Positions 1-12,852 of a stretch of 64,000 nt of DNA are shown here, in pieces. The notes beneath the pieces were generated by a model, which saw only the letters and a program-made list of their open reading frames with translations, did no database searches and was not told where the DNA came from. Source of the DNA: Dipteris shenzhenensis (Eukaryota); NCBI GenBank assembly GCA_047967505.1, contig CM106538.1; one strand, given 5' to 3'. Position numbers and translations under genes: made by a program. Every line of letters begins with the position of its first letter. Within the stretch, counting starts at the first letter, position 1.

Positions 1-199
1 GGGCTCACGTGGGGATCCAATGGCTGGGTGGTAAATGAAGCCAAGCCCTCTTTAGAGTTTTGACAATTATTAACAAAAGGAACATGTAGAATATGACAAC
101 CTCATAATGATACAAATGAAAATGACCCAACCCACCTAACAGTGCATGTTGGACACAACACCACCGATGGGAATATGTATGACATTGGATTGGATATGC

Positions 200-1607
200 C
201 TTCATTATGGAAGCAGCGAAGAAATTCTATGCACACACAAACTCGAGTGGATTACATTAACCAAATGTGCTTGCGACTAGTACCACAAGAACACACTTTT
301 CCACACCTCTACTACACAAACTCTCAAACAAATAAGCACAATCAAAAGGCCTTGCATCTCTCTATCAGCAACTAGAAACATATCTTTAGAGATATAGACA
401 ACTACTTTAAGGCAATGCCCACAAAATTGAAACTATTAGAAGACCATAAAATGACAAATGATCTATGTACAATAATAGAATTTAAAAAAGGCATGTTAGT
501 TGAACTATGCTCATGAAACCTCAACCAACAAGATGGCTTGGTAAATGGAGTTGATGGTATCTTCATGACATCATCAACTTATATGACAACGGAGATCATT
601 TGGATACTATTTCCTCACAAAGACACTGGCTTGCAAACAAGAACTGCAAATAAGAATGCATTCACACCATCTATACATACAGACTAGATACCCATATTTA
701 GAATCACAAGAATCCTCACATGAGAGAAATTCCCTATACAACCAGTAGCAGCAAGAACAATCCATTGAGCTTAGGGGATGACAATGCAAAATCTTGCTTC
801 CTCGCCAAAAGAAGTGCGTACACATGGGTTCACATACATAGTGTTATCTTGCATAAAAGACATACAAAACCTATACTTACTTGACCCATGATAGCTTCAA
901 TGTTCATAGCAATGTTCAAAAGGAAATGGAGTGACTCACTAGAGAAGCATCATGGAAAACTATAATGTAGCTTACATTGGAAGACATAGACACAAATACA
1001 TTACTCATTCAATCACTCAACACAAGATCCCTACCAAAAGATGAGGCGGATATTAACAAAATAAACCATATCATGAACTCATATATCATTTGCTTACAAG
1101 AATCTCGAACAAAACATCCAAAAGCATTTGTGTCTAATAACTTCCACACAATCGCTAACTACTCCCACTCAGGGTCATACAGACTAGTTAGAAAAACCAT
1201 TTTTGATACAAATTCTTGAACATTCAATAGAACAAGGGATTCAAATTACAAGTGTTGAAATAAGTGAGAAAGGGGATCTTACATCATCTTAAACATCTAT
1301 AGAACCCCATCCATAAAATACAATATGTTCATCTCCTACCTCAAGAGCATACTAGCAAACATTATGGAAATTAGCACAAGAATAATATTGATAGGGGACT
1401 TCAATATTGATATGTTAAAGAAAACACCACAATCAACCAATCTCCAAAACATGATGTCTTTCGATTAAATTGCAATTCAATGAACCCACTACAACTTAGA
1501 CGTCTCAACTAGACCACATCTGGCCCAACATTCACGTAACTAACAAACATGTAGGAACATCTTTTGCATATTGTACTGACCACTCCATCATATACCTATA
1601 CACATAA
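200..1607 (+). mobile_element. Degenerate Helitron/Helentron-type ORF 3' end: PIF1-family helicase C-terminal half followed by an EEP (AP-endonuclease-like) domain
   Basis: Manual translation gives PIF1-like motifs: PHLYYTN..NKHN (~300-340), KKGMLVELCS*NLNQQDGLVNGVDG (484-558), FPIQPVAARTIH*A*GMTM (730-786), HGFTYIVLSCIKDIQNLYLL (823-882). EEP motifs follow: IQSLNTRSL, IICLQES, LNIYRTP, IILIGDFNIDM, SQLDHIW, YCTDHSIIY, stop at ~1607. Several stops and frameshifts. Confidence 0.8.
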
Positions 1608-2749
1608 ATGAAAAGGCAACAGTTCTCTTGCTTTTCCTGCCAGCCTAGTAGCCACCAGTTTCCTAGCTTGAAGTTAGCTCGATGGCCATCAATCTCCTAG
1701 ATCGCTTGCCAACCTGATAGCCTTCCTATTACTTACTCTCATGCATCCATGGTGAACATCTGCCATCATTATTTCCTCTTAAGCTTAGACCCTACTCCTT
1801 GTAACTTTTGTTTCCTTTGCATAGTGGGTCCCTCTACATATTTTGAGTTTCAAGACCCTCTATTTAGCTCACGATTTAGACTGGGCAAAGAGTAGCCAAG
1901 CAAATCAAAGCATCTAAGAGAATCCTCACTCAAGAGAATCCTTCAAATTAGTGTGAGAAATCACAAGACAAATTAATCCATTAGAAAGAAGTAGGGTAAT
2001 CTCCACATTGATAACACTTAGATGTTGCATCATCTTTAAAATCCCAGATAGATTCTTAATGATACCATTGACATGTAACACATCGGTCAATGTGAAATTC
2101 CTTGCCATTATTTTGTTCTAGATAATACTAAACCATGGTAGACAATCATTGGCTTATTTCATATATGTTTTGCGATCAGAATATACTTAAGGTAGTACAT
2201 TCTTTGTTGTAAATATATGCATATACATAGTTGCCATCATCCTAGTGTCTAAGATAGGGACATGAAATGCATCTCCACATCCCTTTTGAGGAACCATTTT
2301 TCCTTATTTACTTGAGATATGTCTTGTATCAAAAACTTAATAGCTTAATTAAATGAGAGTAGACAAACATTTGAATACTATAAAGTGCTACATCCCACTT
2401 CTCATAAGTTGGTTCTCAGTAATCTTGGATAATCATAGAAATTGGCAAATCATGTGTTGGATTATGTCCTAACGATAATGCAAAATCTATCACTAGTGTA
2501 ATTGTATCCTTCAGTAATTTGAGATCTTGTCTTAGTTGGCTCTTTTAGTTCTCAACCATAAATCTAAGGTATGTTCATATATACAATATCCTTGTTTGAA
2601 ATTATGTTTGCTCGAGGAAATTGATCTTCCAACACATTCAAAAAATTAACGCCATAAAGAAAAAGGCACTACATATGAAATTATTTGTAATAAGCCATAT
2701 GATTCAACATGGTAACAAACTTAATGATTGGACCAGCCATTATGGACTA

Positions 2750-3200
2750 AACCAGCTTGGTGGTTGGAAGCAACTAGGTGGGAAATGAGCTTCCAGCAGA
2801 TTAAGAAGATTACACTATTAAAAAAATAAAATATATTCATCAACACAACAAGCTTATTAACTAGACCAATGGGCTAGTTTTAGCACCATCTAGTTGTAAG
2901 ACAAGACCAAATATGTACTATTCCAACCATTGGGTTAGTGCCCAACTAGCTTATTCTTGGACCATTGGGCTAGTCTCTAAACCAACCTAGTGATTAGAAT
3001 CGTGACGCTAGCCTGGTGGTTCTTGATTTGTTTTGACCAGTGGGCTAGTTTCTAAACCATTGTATTGGTATGATAGGTCCATGCTACTTGTTGTTCCAAA
3101 CATTGGGATAGATTAGGAGAGTTATCACATTGGTTCCTAAAGCCAACCAAGGTTTTGCCTAAACCAGCTTATTGTTTGAACAACCGGGATAATTTCAACA
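2750..3200. repeat. Degenerate short-unit repeat array (ACCA[A/T/G]TGGG[C/T]TAGT-like units)
   Basis: accaatgggctagt (~2865), accattgggttagt (~2926), accattgggctagtctctaaacca (~2961), accagtgggctagtttctaaacca (~3036) and weaker variants. Confidence 0.5.
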
Positions 3201-6200
3201 ATTGGAACCCTGATGCTAGTCTAATGTTTGTTAGTTGTTTTGCAAAAGGACAATGGAAATGACTTACATTGTGTCAAACATGTTACTGCTCATTTGAAGG
3301 CCTTTGAATATTATTACTCCATAAGGAGCTACTCTTTGGGTTATTTCTTCCTTTTTAAACATTACAACCTTTAACCTAAAATGTCCTATGCCTTGACTAA
3401 GTTTTTCAACAGCCCTTGCTTGATTCTCTTACAAGAGGTGACAAGTTGCATCATTCCATATGACACCTTAGTTTAATGAAAGTGAACTAAGAATAGAGAC
3501 TAGTTATTTTGTCTACTTGTAAAAATAGAAGTAGACTATTCACAAAAGTGTATTTTTCTTCCCTGCCGATGGGCACAAATTCCCCATCTTCCAATGTTTG
3601 CTCTTTGTCAATAGTTTGCCTTGTAATTAGTGAATACAATAAGAGATCACCTTTTTCCCAGCCATAAGATAGGAGTCCCAATAGGCCTTGGTAGCCAAAT
3701 GGACATGCCAACAGGCCTTGGTAGCCCTAAAGAAATTGCAATGAGGTGGTTCTTGGTTTTTGGACACGTGGTTCTTGTTTTTTGGACACATGGTTTTTAG
3801 TACATGAGGGTGTTTGGTATCAATACCAAAGCATCAATACCAAAGAATGGTGTTGTGTGCATGACCATATTAAGGAAATTTTAGGCAAGTTATTGTGGCT
3901 AGGAAGCGGCAAATTTTGGGTAATGATTACTTCAATCTTTCCTTAGTCACATGCAAGACAACCATTGTGATGGATGGAATTAAACATCATGCATGCCAAC
4001 AAATTGGAACTCAATCTACTTAATCACATGCAAGCCTATGGCCGGCACTATTTCCTCTTGAGTTTGACTCTCACTCCTTGTATTGTTTCCTCTCAATCTT
4101 ACTCCCATATTGCACTTAGGCATCTTGAAATTCCTTTAGTTTTTATCCCATGTACATAATATATCTCTTTGGACACACCAAGTTCTCAAAACTCATCGTC
4201 TAGCTCCTCTGTCACTCTTGAATTCATGAACTACAATCCCTCTGCATAGTAAAGAGATGCTCCCCTAGTCTTCCAAAATGGTCATTCAAGGTGCCCAATA
4301 TGCATCCCATTATCAACTTCACCAGCATGAAGAATACCATGAATATGAGCGAGAGATATATTGTATGTCGAAATCAAAAAGTTCACATTGATGAAAGGTT
4401 AATTGCGCATGTTCTTGGCATCCCTTGAGGTACTTTGCAAGCAAGTTATTTGGACAATCCATGGAATAAAAAGGAACTTCAAGATTCTTCCCTGACACTC
4501 AAATTAGCAAATATTGTGGAGTTAAGGCTTCAAGTATTCCACCATATGTTCACAATATTTTGAAGGAGACAAAGAAATTCTTTACAAACTATGAAGTTTT
4601 GGCAAGTTCAGATTGCAGTAGAGAAAATGAATGGATGTTTGGTCTCTTTCATAAAGGCAATCTCCAAGACTATGCCATATTGTCATCTCAGACCATTAGA
4701 ATTGGAGTGCATTTGATGGGACTAATTTCAAAGAAATTACGAAGAACTATAAAGAAGAAATAGGTGAAGCTATTGATGGATGGTTGCACTACATGAGAGA
4801 CAACTTGGGGAGGGTGTAGAAGCCAAGGTAGAGTAGGCACAAGCTTAGGTAAAGGAAGACCAAGAGAAGGCCTTACATGTTTGAGAATAAGCTGAGGCTA
4901 TTGAGGCCTAAGAAACGGAAGACAAAAAATGGTCAAGCAAGAAAAGCATAGAAGAGAAGCACAGGAGAAGTGCATTGATTCTTTGTGATGCTCAAAGGCC
5001 ATGAAAGGAGGTTCTTTACTAATAGCTTGGCAACATGTAGAGCCCTTTGAATATTGAGAAAAACAATAATGATTGATTAGTTAAAAAGGATAATGCACAA
5101 ACTAGAGAGTAGTGATGTAGGAGTCACAAGAGAGCTTCAAAGCCAAGAAGGATGCAGATCAGGTAGACAGCAGCCATAGTGAGGATGAGAATGTGCAATA
5201 TTGGCAAGATAAGCACAACTCCCATCCTATATATTAAATTACATGGTCTATGATAGCAGCCTTCTTCATTCAAGAATCTATGTATATGAGGCAGGTTTGG
5301 TTTCATTTAGGGATGATGTGGTATGGGTGAAAAAAGTATTGTTGGTTTTTTTTAATGGTAGTTACTTACACATCATGAAAGCAACGCATGATAAATTGAT
5401 TAAGAATGTACCCTTCTTGAATGTGTTTTGAAGCCTATTCAATCTTGCTTTCAAACAAAAGAGCAACGAAAAAGTTATTTTTGGTTTGAAAAAGGATTCC
5501 CCGAGGGATTTGTGTGAGGCTCTTAAGTTCATTTTGAATGTGTTTTGAAGCCTATTCACTCTTGCTTTCAACAAAAGAGTAGCAAAAAAGTATAGTAGTG
5601 TGTCACACTATCCTCATTTCATTTATTGCTAATGTTATGCTACAATCTTTTGATCAGGTCTGTATGGAGTATTATCCAATCATTGAATTTTACAAATGCA
5701 TGGAGTATCACGATGATTCACTGAATTTTATACAAATCTAGAAGAATTTGGCAATGAAAAGAGAATGTACTCTAGTTACAACTTTGTTGTTGGTATGGTC
5801 AACTTGCATTATGATTTCATTGTACAGTGCTAGGATTGTAAAGAATTCTTCTTTGGGCAGGATGGGGGGTTAAGCTCTATAACTCTTAGGGATTTGACTA
5901 TTGTATACATCTACAATCCATCCCTGAGGTTTTTTTTTAAAATGCAAACATGAAGGAGATGCTAAGAAGTTTGAAGAGAACATCAGAAAGAAATCATCCT
6001 GTGAAGAGTGACTAATATTGTGAATCCTTTTTGTCAATTACCTATTTAAGCAAGAATCCCCCCCCCCCCCCAAAAAAAAAAAAGTGCACAAGCAAAGCAA
6101 GATTCCAAAGAGCAAGTTGAATAGGCTAACAAGTGTCACGACTTTGATGGCCCAAAGTAATTTGATTGCCAAGAACTTTTGAGGGATCTCTAGTGACAAT

Positions 6201-7024
6201 CAGTCTCTAACCGTTTTAATTATAAATTGATAAAGGAATTATGCTTTATAATTTGTACACATGTACGAAGTGTTCATATAGAAATTTTCAGTCACTCATC
6301 ATAACCTCTCTCGAAAGTGTTTCTTCTTTTATGTACATTATTGAATCTATTGTTTTTACCATCCAAATTTTAATGCTAGTAGGAATTTACCTACATAGTA
6401 ATAGGAGAACTGTTTTAAAGCAAGAGTGTTGCCAATAGAATCCTCATGTATTCTTTGTAGGTCATCTAGATATTGATCCCTTTACATACTACGGATGTCA
6501 CATGCCCAAACCTTTTTATTGTATTGTAACGTACATGCTTTCGGTAACACTTAAAACTCAGAGTTGGCCTTTGATTGTTGAAGCATGCAAATTGGTATGT
6601 AGGGGGTTGCTGGAAGAAATAAAGAATGTGTCCTTTCTAGCTTTAGCCTTTTTGTAACGAAATAAGCAGTAACATGCCCTAACTTGCATAGAATGCTTGT
6701 TTTTCTTACTCTAAGTTGTTGCAGGTATTGTGCAAATAGGTTTAATCAGCTCTTGTAATGAAGCTTTCTAATGTTTTTTTATAACAACTCTCTTAGTCTT
6801 TTGTAAGCAAGGAGCATGTTTCTTCAAATATGGAAAATGCGCTGATGTGTCAAGCTGTCATTATCACTACCCAACTTGTCATAGAGGCTATAGAGAACAT
6901 GTAGATCTTTCAATTTTGCAGAATTTTGAAATGATAGTTTACATAAGGGCGGTGACAATCTACAATACTTGTGGTATACATATGCAAATTAGGCTATGCC
7001 GAATGAGCTTCTTTATATGGTCAC

Positions 7025-7027
<3 letters not shown>

Positions 7028-7114
<87 letters not shown>
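7028..7114. repeat. (CT)n microsatellite
   Basis: Perfect CT run of about 87 nt, read directly. Confidence 0.98.
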
Positions 7115-7118
<4 letters not shown>

Positions 7119-7700
7119 GTTGGGAAATCAAGGTGTGTTTTAAGATTTAATAGTCCCATCAATAAATGAATCATACCATCATTTAGACACAGGGAAAAAT
7201 ATTTTAGACAACTAAATTAAATATTTTTTACAAATTGTAACAAAATTTGGAAGATTTCATTAATATAGAGTTTGCCAAAAAAATTGACACAAAGGAGAAT
7301 GTTAACTAATATTGAGTTTGCACAAGAAAACCACAAGATTGGTAAAAAAAGGTATTGAATCCATCAGATAGTCCAGGTTGTGAGGTCAGAGCCCTCTTAC
7401 CTGCCATCATCCAAACGAAACTAGGTGTTACAATATCATATAGTTTCGTTCTGGTCAACAGGTAATGCCTGACTTGTTATGCTTTACCTAAGAACTACAT
7501 ATCCCCTTAGATTCCAAAGTTCAAAAGAAAATGGTATTTTAGAATAACTTTGAATATGAAGGCATATTCCTCACCCATGAGTGAGAAAACAAAAAAGATT
7601 TGGGGGATAGTCCACACCCATTAATGAACACCATACCACATAATAATTCATCCTCTTATGTGAAACACTCCCAAGGTGGGGTAGTCCACACCCTTAAGCA
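7115..7700 (-). repeat. Interspersed repeat, inverted homolog of 57945-58560 (probable non-coding end region of a Helitron-like element)
   Basis: Minus strand catttattgatgggactattaaatcttaaaacacaccttgatttcccaactag matches + strand 58507-58560. tttggatgatggcaggtaa...tggactatctgatggatt matches ~58266-58323. gttcttaggtaaagca(a)taacaag is shared. Confidence 0.75.
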
Positions 7701-7829
7701 AAAAAAGATAAAAAGATCAATACGGGGGGTATTCCACACCTTTAAGTAATAGACACAAAAAAGAAACATATTAAGGTACCTATATCTAATTTCCAAAAAA
7801 GAAAAAGAAAACTCTGTACTTGTTACTTT

Positions 7830-8464
7830 TATAATAACAATTGCAATTGTCCCCATGACATTGGAAACTGGCTGGTTGGTAAAGTTGATGGCTTCACTAG
7901 CCCAAGGCACAAATGTGCAAAGTGAGTGATCAGACAGTAAATGAAGATTACCTTCAAAAGGCTTTCCTCTAATGATAGAAGTAGTAGCATCTACACGCAA
8001 GGAAAATTTTGATGTACCACCCTCAATTGAATGCTTTGCTACAACACTTGCCCCCTCTACTCTATAAAACTCACCAACTTGTAAGGAATTTACAAATTGG
8101 TGAATATAAGTGGAGGGGATGAGCAACATGATTGTATGTGCACAAAACTTGTCTGTAAAATCCCCTTTCAAGAAAGTAGGATATTTAGGATTTGCAACCT
8201 TGTATGTACTATATTTGCAAAGCAATTTTCCTTCATAAGAAAATTTATAAGGTGCACAATCAAATAGTTGTCCTATCGAGATAGAGATATTAATGAGTTT
8301 TCTCCCCCTACGAAGTTCTCTTTTGATGGAACTATAGCTTTGGCTATGGATAGAAGATAATGTGGCAAGGGTTTGTTTTGGTTGATATCATTAAGCCCAT
8401 TGTATGAATGAACTTTTTCATTGTCCTCTTTGGATTGAAGTTGTTTGCTTGCTGAAAATGCCAA
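7830..8464 (-). pseudogene. RPA70/DUF223-like OB-fold ssDNA-binding protein fragment (type often carried by Helitrons); probably the later exon of a spliced minus-strand unit extending to ~10.9 kb
   Basis: ORF 7656-8225 contains FLKGDFTDK..HTIMLLIPSTYIHQFVNSLQVGEFYRVEGASVV...KFSLRVDATTSI, a pattern resembling RPA1 OB folds. Upstream ORF 8273-8464 is in another frame. GT/AG-bounded minus-strand segments occur at ~8780-8845 and ~8970-9165. Confidence 0.55.
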
Positions 8465-9494
8465 CGTTTGAAAAATAAATGACTTAATAGACTCTCAAAT
8501 GAAAATTGAATTACATGAACTATTCTAATTTCAAATTTATAAAATGAAATCAGTTTAATTCTAACAGCCACACATATGAAATTTAAATGAGAACAATGTA
8601 TTGCTCAAATGAGCATACATTTAAATTTAAAATGATTTTACTTTTGCTCTATTAAACTCTCTTAAACAAACAATGATAAATCAATTTTCATTCAAAGAAG
8701 TTTCTTAATCATAGTTGAAGCAAATAACATTACATTATCAATTATCAATCAGAGTCTATGTTTATTATTTCAATTGTACCTCTTTTGGGTTCCACTTTTC
8801 TAGTTTTGGAACAACGCTAGACACGAGAGGTAATTGTCGTTCTAAAATTAACATACTTTAGATTATGCTGAATCAACTTTTTCACTGAATTGAACAAAAA
8901 AATGAAAAACCAACCAAAATTGATGAAGGAAGAATGACATACAAAAAAAATGACAATTGAATTTATACCTTGTGCATAAGCCTCTTGTACCACCCCTTGA
9001 AAGTACTCTTCAAGAATCGGCATGGGCTTTTCTTTATCAAGGAGTTCTTCAAAAGGTTTTCTTTTGGAGATCTACTTGGAGAAGCAAGCAGAAAGTTTGA
9101 TTTTGGAGAAGGTGGAGATGTTGTTTTCTCAACATACGAGCATACGAAAAGTGCAGCACCACCTTTAAAACAATAAATAGTCTACAATAAGAACAATTGC
9201 ATATCAATCTAAATAATTAAAATGTAATGGTTTTCTAAAATGCAAAATCATTTATCCACAATGAAATTGAAGCAGCAAATTAAGAAGACTAACTACACAG
9301 GAACGACATACTCTGCTGCAACTGTATCACAGAGTGTTTGCATTGGTTAAAAGTGTCCACTCTGTACCTGTCTTGGACCACTCTATGCTAGCTAATGAAG
9401 CGAGAGCCACACAGTAAACCAATGCAGTAGAGCATGAAACGAGGACGTAATAGTAACAGTAAGCTTGGAAAACTACAGAAGAATTACCAGTAAT

Positions 9495-9715
9495 AATAAG
9501 CTTGGAAAATTACATAAGGATTACCAATTTCGATTCTACAGAAGGATTACAAAACGGGTGCAATAGCTACATTGGAAGGCGTCAGCTATTACTTTCGACT
9601 CTGTGCAAACGTAATAGTAAGGTTGGAAAACTACATAAGGTTTACCGATTTCGATTCTACAGAGGGATTGCAAAACTGGTGCAATCGCTACTTTGGAAGG
9701 CGTCAGGTACTACTC
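9495..9715 (+). repeat. ~120-bp tandem duplication
   Basis: aag(c/g)ttggaaaa(t/c)tacataagg...tttcgattctacaga...ggtgcaat(a/c)gctac(a/t)ttggaaggcgtcag at ~9498-9585 and ~9619-9706. Confidence 0.85.
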
Positions 9716-11369
9716 CCCTTCCACCTTTCATGATCTAATCACGCAGTAAATCAACGCAGTAAACCATGAAAAGAGAACTGAGCCAATTTTTTTGCGAACG
9801 TAAACAGAAGTATTGAGCGTTCTATTCTCTGCGACCCAGAAGCGCGTGAACACTTTAATCTCTACTTTGGAAGGCGTCAAGTTGGAAAAGGTTCGAAACC
9901 ATTTAACGATGGATGATACTCACTGTTTACAAATTTTTGAACCAGAACCTACGAAATATACAGAGTTCGCTAAAGCTGATCGAGTCTGCATGCGGGAAAT
10001 TGTAGTTCCAAACGAAAGCTAGACAAGTAAAACGTTCACGGAATGGCCAGAACGATATTGAAGAAGACTGATTTGAAAGAAACGAAAGATGAAATGCGTG
10101 CACAACCACAAGCGAAAAACCAACGACAGTATAAAAAGCCATCGAGTTTAACCTTGATCGACGCTCGAATTCTTGATCACCTCTTTCTCCACTTCTTTGC
10201 CAAGAACTTTCTTCGAAGGCGGGGTAACGACGGTCATGAGCGACCCGAGGACAAACTTTGGCAAGACCTGCCAACAAAACCAAGCATTACGAAGCATAAA
10301 TAAGAGTAAAAGTAAGGGAAAATCGCAAAAAGCAATACATGACCCTTGCTAGACGTGGAGAATCCACAGGTACCCTTGACGAAGGCACAGCTATCAGTGT
10401 CCATGGATTCTGCTGAAGCGTCCATAGAAGTAATCGTTCACAAAATTAGAAGAAATACGAATACGTTTCTTCAAACAGAGCGTCATTTTTATAGAGATCG
10501 TGGAGGCAAGGGCAGCGCACTTCGTCAACTATTCCAAATCTAAGCGGAGGATTTGCAGAGTTATGGCACCGAATTCCCGCAGGCTACCTGCTGGCAATCA
10601 TTGATTTCAATTGTATACAATGCAGAGATTAGAAGCAAGAACCATACCTACGCAACGATACTCCTCCAACAATCAATTCGCAAAACAAAAACGCGCTGTC
10701 AGCATTCAATCCAGAAGCAGACCTGGAACATTCTCCGACCTGCGAATTTCTCCCAGACACCACAGAAGCCAATTGATATCCATCCGCCACAATAGAAGAG
10801 CCGACGCGCACAGTCCAAGACAGGACATAAGGAAATTCGGCGCAGAGAAGACGGCAGCAACGCAGAGAAGAGGGCTGGAGCCGCTGGACTGTGGGACTTG
10901 GAAATCGAAACACGGTAATTCGTTGACGATCTCGCGAGGCTCATAGAAGAGAAAAACACGGCGAACTCGTTCAACTCTCCTTGCATGTATTTATGCATGA
11001 AAGTGCATGCAATGGCAAACTGACACGCGGCAAAATTCCAAAGAAACGACGGCGCTTTCCAGCTGGACACGTGGCTGGCATGGACGGACCGCGCTCACCA
11101 AAATACATTCTGAACATGCAGTAAATGTCCAATCAAAACATCACACGTGGAATTTCAGGATAGTCAAAGCAGAAATTGCTTAATTTTTGCTTTGCCAAAA
11201 CCCAACGGGTGCTAAGGCAACCCCGAGGGCAGGCCAAAAAGAGCACCCGAGGGAGCGAGATTCCAATAAGGGAGTTTGGGCTCAAGAGTGTGGTTGGGGA
11301 TGAAAACCATGAAAAGGAAGAAGCTCGAAGGACTTTGGAGGAAAGCAATGTATATAAAAGAGCGCCAAT

Positions 11370-12852
11370 TTTAAAAACTCTTTTCAGAAGGCTTGTTCAA
11401 ATTGAGTCCAATACCTAGGAATTCTATCATTTTCTCTGAGGCTCATCCACCATTTATACGCCTTATTTCCAAGGGAAAGACTTGCTTCCCATGACTTGAT
11501 TTTCAGGAGGGGTATTCCTGAGTTGATGGAAGTCTTGCCATTTTTGTAAGAACGTATTAATCGCATCTTTATTACACTCCTTTTCTTACCCATTGAAAAT
11601 TAGTAGTTTCAAGTCCTTAAGAATGCTAGAGGTTTCTCTAAGTCGAGAGGTGGACCTCTCAACTTGATTAGGAGGAGTCGCTGATTTTTCCATGGGAGTT
11701 ACTAATTGAGAGTTGGATAACTTGGTTATGGCTTCAGTTAGGGACTTTAATGTATCATTAGTAGTTCCTAACTATGTCTCCATGTTTTGTGTTCGAGTTT
11801 CAAGTTAAATGAATTTTGTATACAGAAATCCATAATCACCATAGTCTGTCTTCCATTTCCACGCTATCCTCCTAAGTTTCATTTTGTATTTCCTCATGTA
11901 TTCTCTGTTCAGCTATAGCTTTTCTATTTCCATGTTATCCTCTTGAGTTTCATTTTGTATTTCCTCATGTATTCTCTCTGAGGCCTTTCCTTGCTATCCC
12001 TAACCATTTCATCTCTTTCTAGAGTTGTTATTTTAAAAATGCATTTTTTTCTAGAAATTTATAAAGCAAGAAGCTTTATACTAGAGAGAAAAATGCAATG
12101 CCCACTTCCCTTGTATTTGTTTAATGGTCTTGGATTCGTCTTCACACTTTCTTTGACCCACGATTTCTCGCTTCTTTTGATTCACAATCCTTTCGGTTCC
12201 ACTTCTTCCACTTTCCTCAATCTCGAACTTTGATCCTCTTTCTTTTAATAATGGCGAGGCTTTAATTTGGAAAGAAGTGGTCTTGGAGAACAAGGATCTT
12301 TGAAAAGAAAAAAGGCCTTAGAGAAGCCTCGAGACCACCAATCGTGGAAAGAGCTTCATCCTTCTCCTCCATTCCCCTTGGGGTGGTGTCCCTCTTGGAC
12401 CTAGTGGGAGCCTTCATGATTTTGGAACTTGGGAGCTTCGGACCTGAGGGGGTATCCTTCATGGAACTTATGCAGCCAATGAGAGAGGTAACCTTGCTTA
12501 GAACCGGGATCCCTTATTGGAGGAGAACTCATGGTGATCAATAGTGGCACCCACATATGTTAGCCAGTGGAGGTCTGATTTGACCCTTACTGTTCACCTC
12601 ACGGGGTTTGTAGATATTAAACATTATGAGGGGAACCAATGTGCTCAACTCTTTATGCTTGGGGGTTGTTATTTGGAATCCTATTCTTTCTAGCACGTCG
12701 ATGTTTTCCAGAATGTGCATCCAATTCTGAGAGAACTCTAGATCAGCGAGAGGGGCATACCGAAATTCGTCTATCTCCTTCTCGTCATCTTCTCTCTCAC
12801 AAGTTTGGAATAGTTTCAGGGATGCGGTGCTGTTGGTTGTGTCGGACTCCAT
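11370..12852 (-). mobile_element. Ty3/Gypsy LTR retrotransposon gag remnant with upstream degenerate ORF
   Basis: Minus-strand translation of ~11370-11630, across a frameshift, reads LKDLKLLIFNG*EKECNKDAINTFLQKWQDFHQLRNTP...ASLSLGNKAYKWWMSLRENDRIPRYWTQFEQAF*KEFL, a Retrotrans_gag pattern (A..WW......W..F...F.KEF). Upstream ORF pieces 12081-12852 are unassigned. Confidence 0.7.

Noticed and set aside
1700-6900. Cys-containing and coiled-coil-like fragments
   Set aside because: Too degraded to assign to a family without a database search.
9800-11100. Cluster of overlapping 65-123 aa ORFs
   Set aside because: No recognisable domain. Overlapping ORFs on both strands are expected from the higher GC content.
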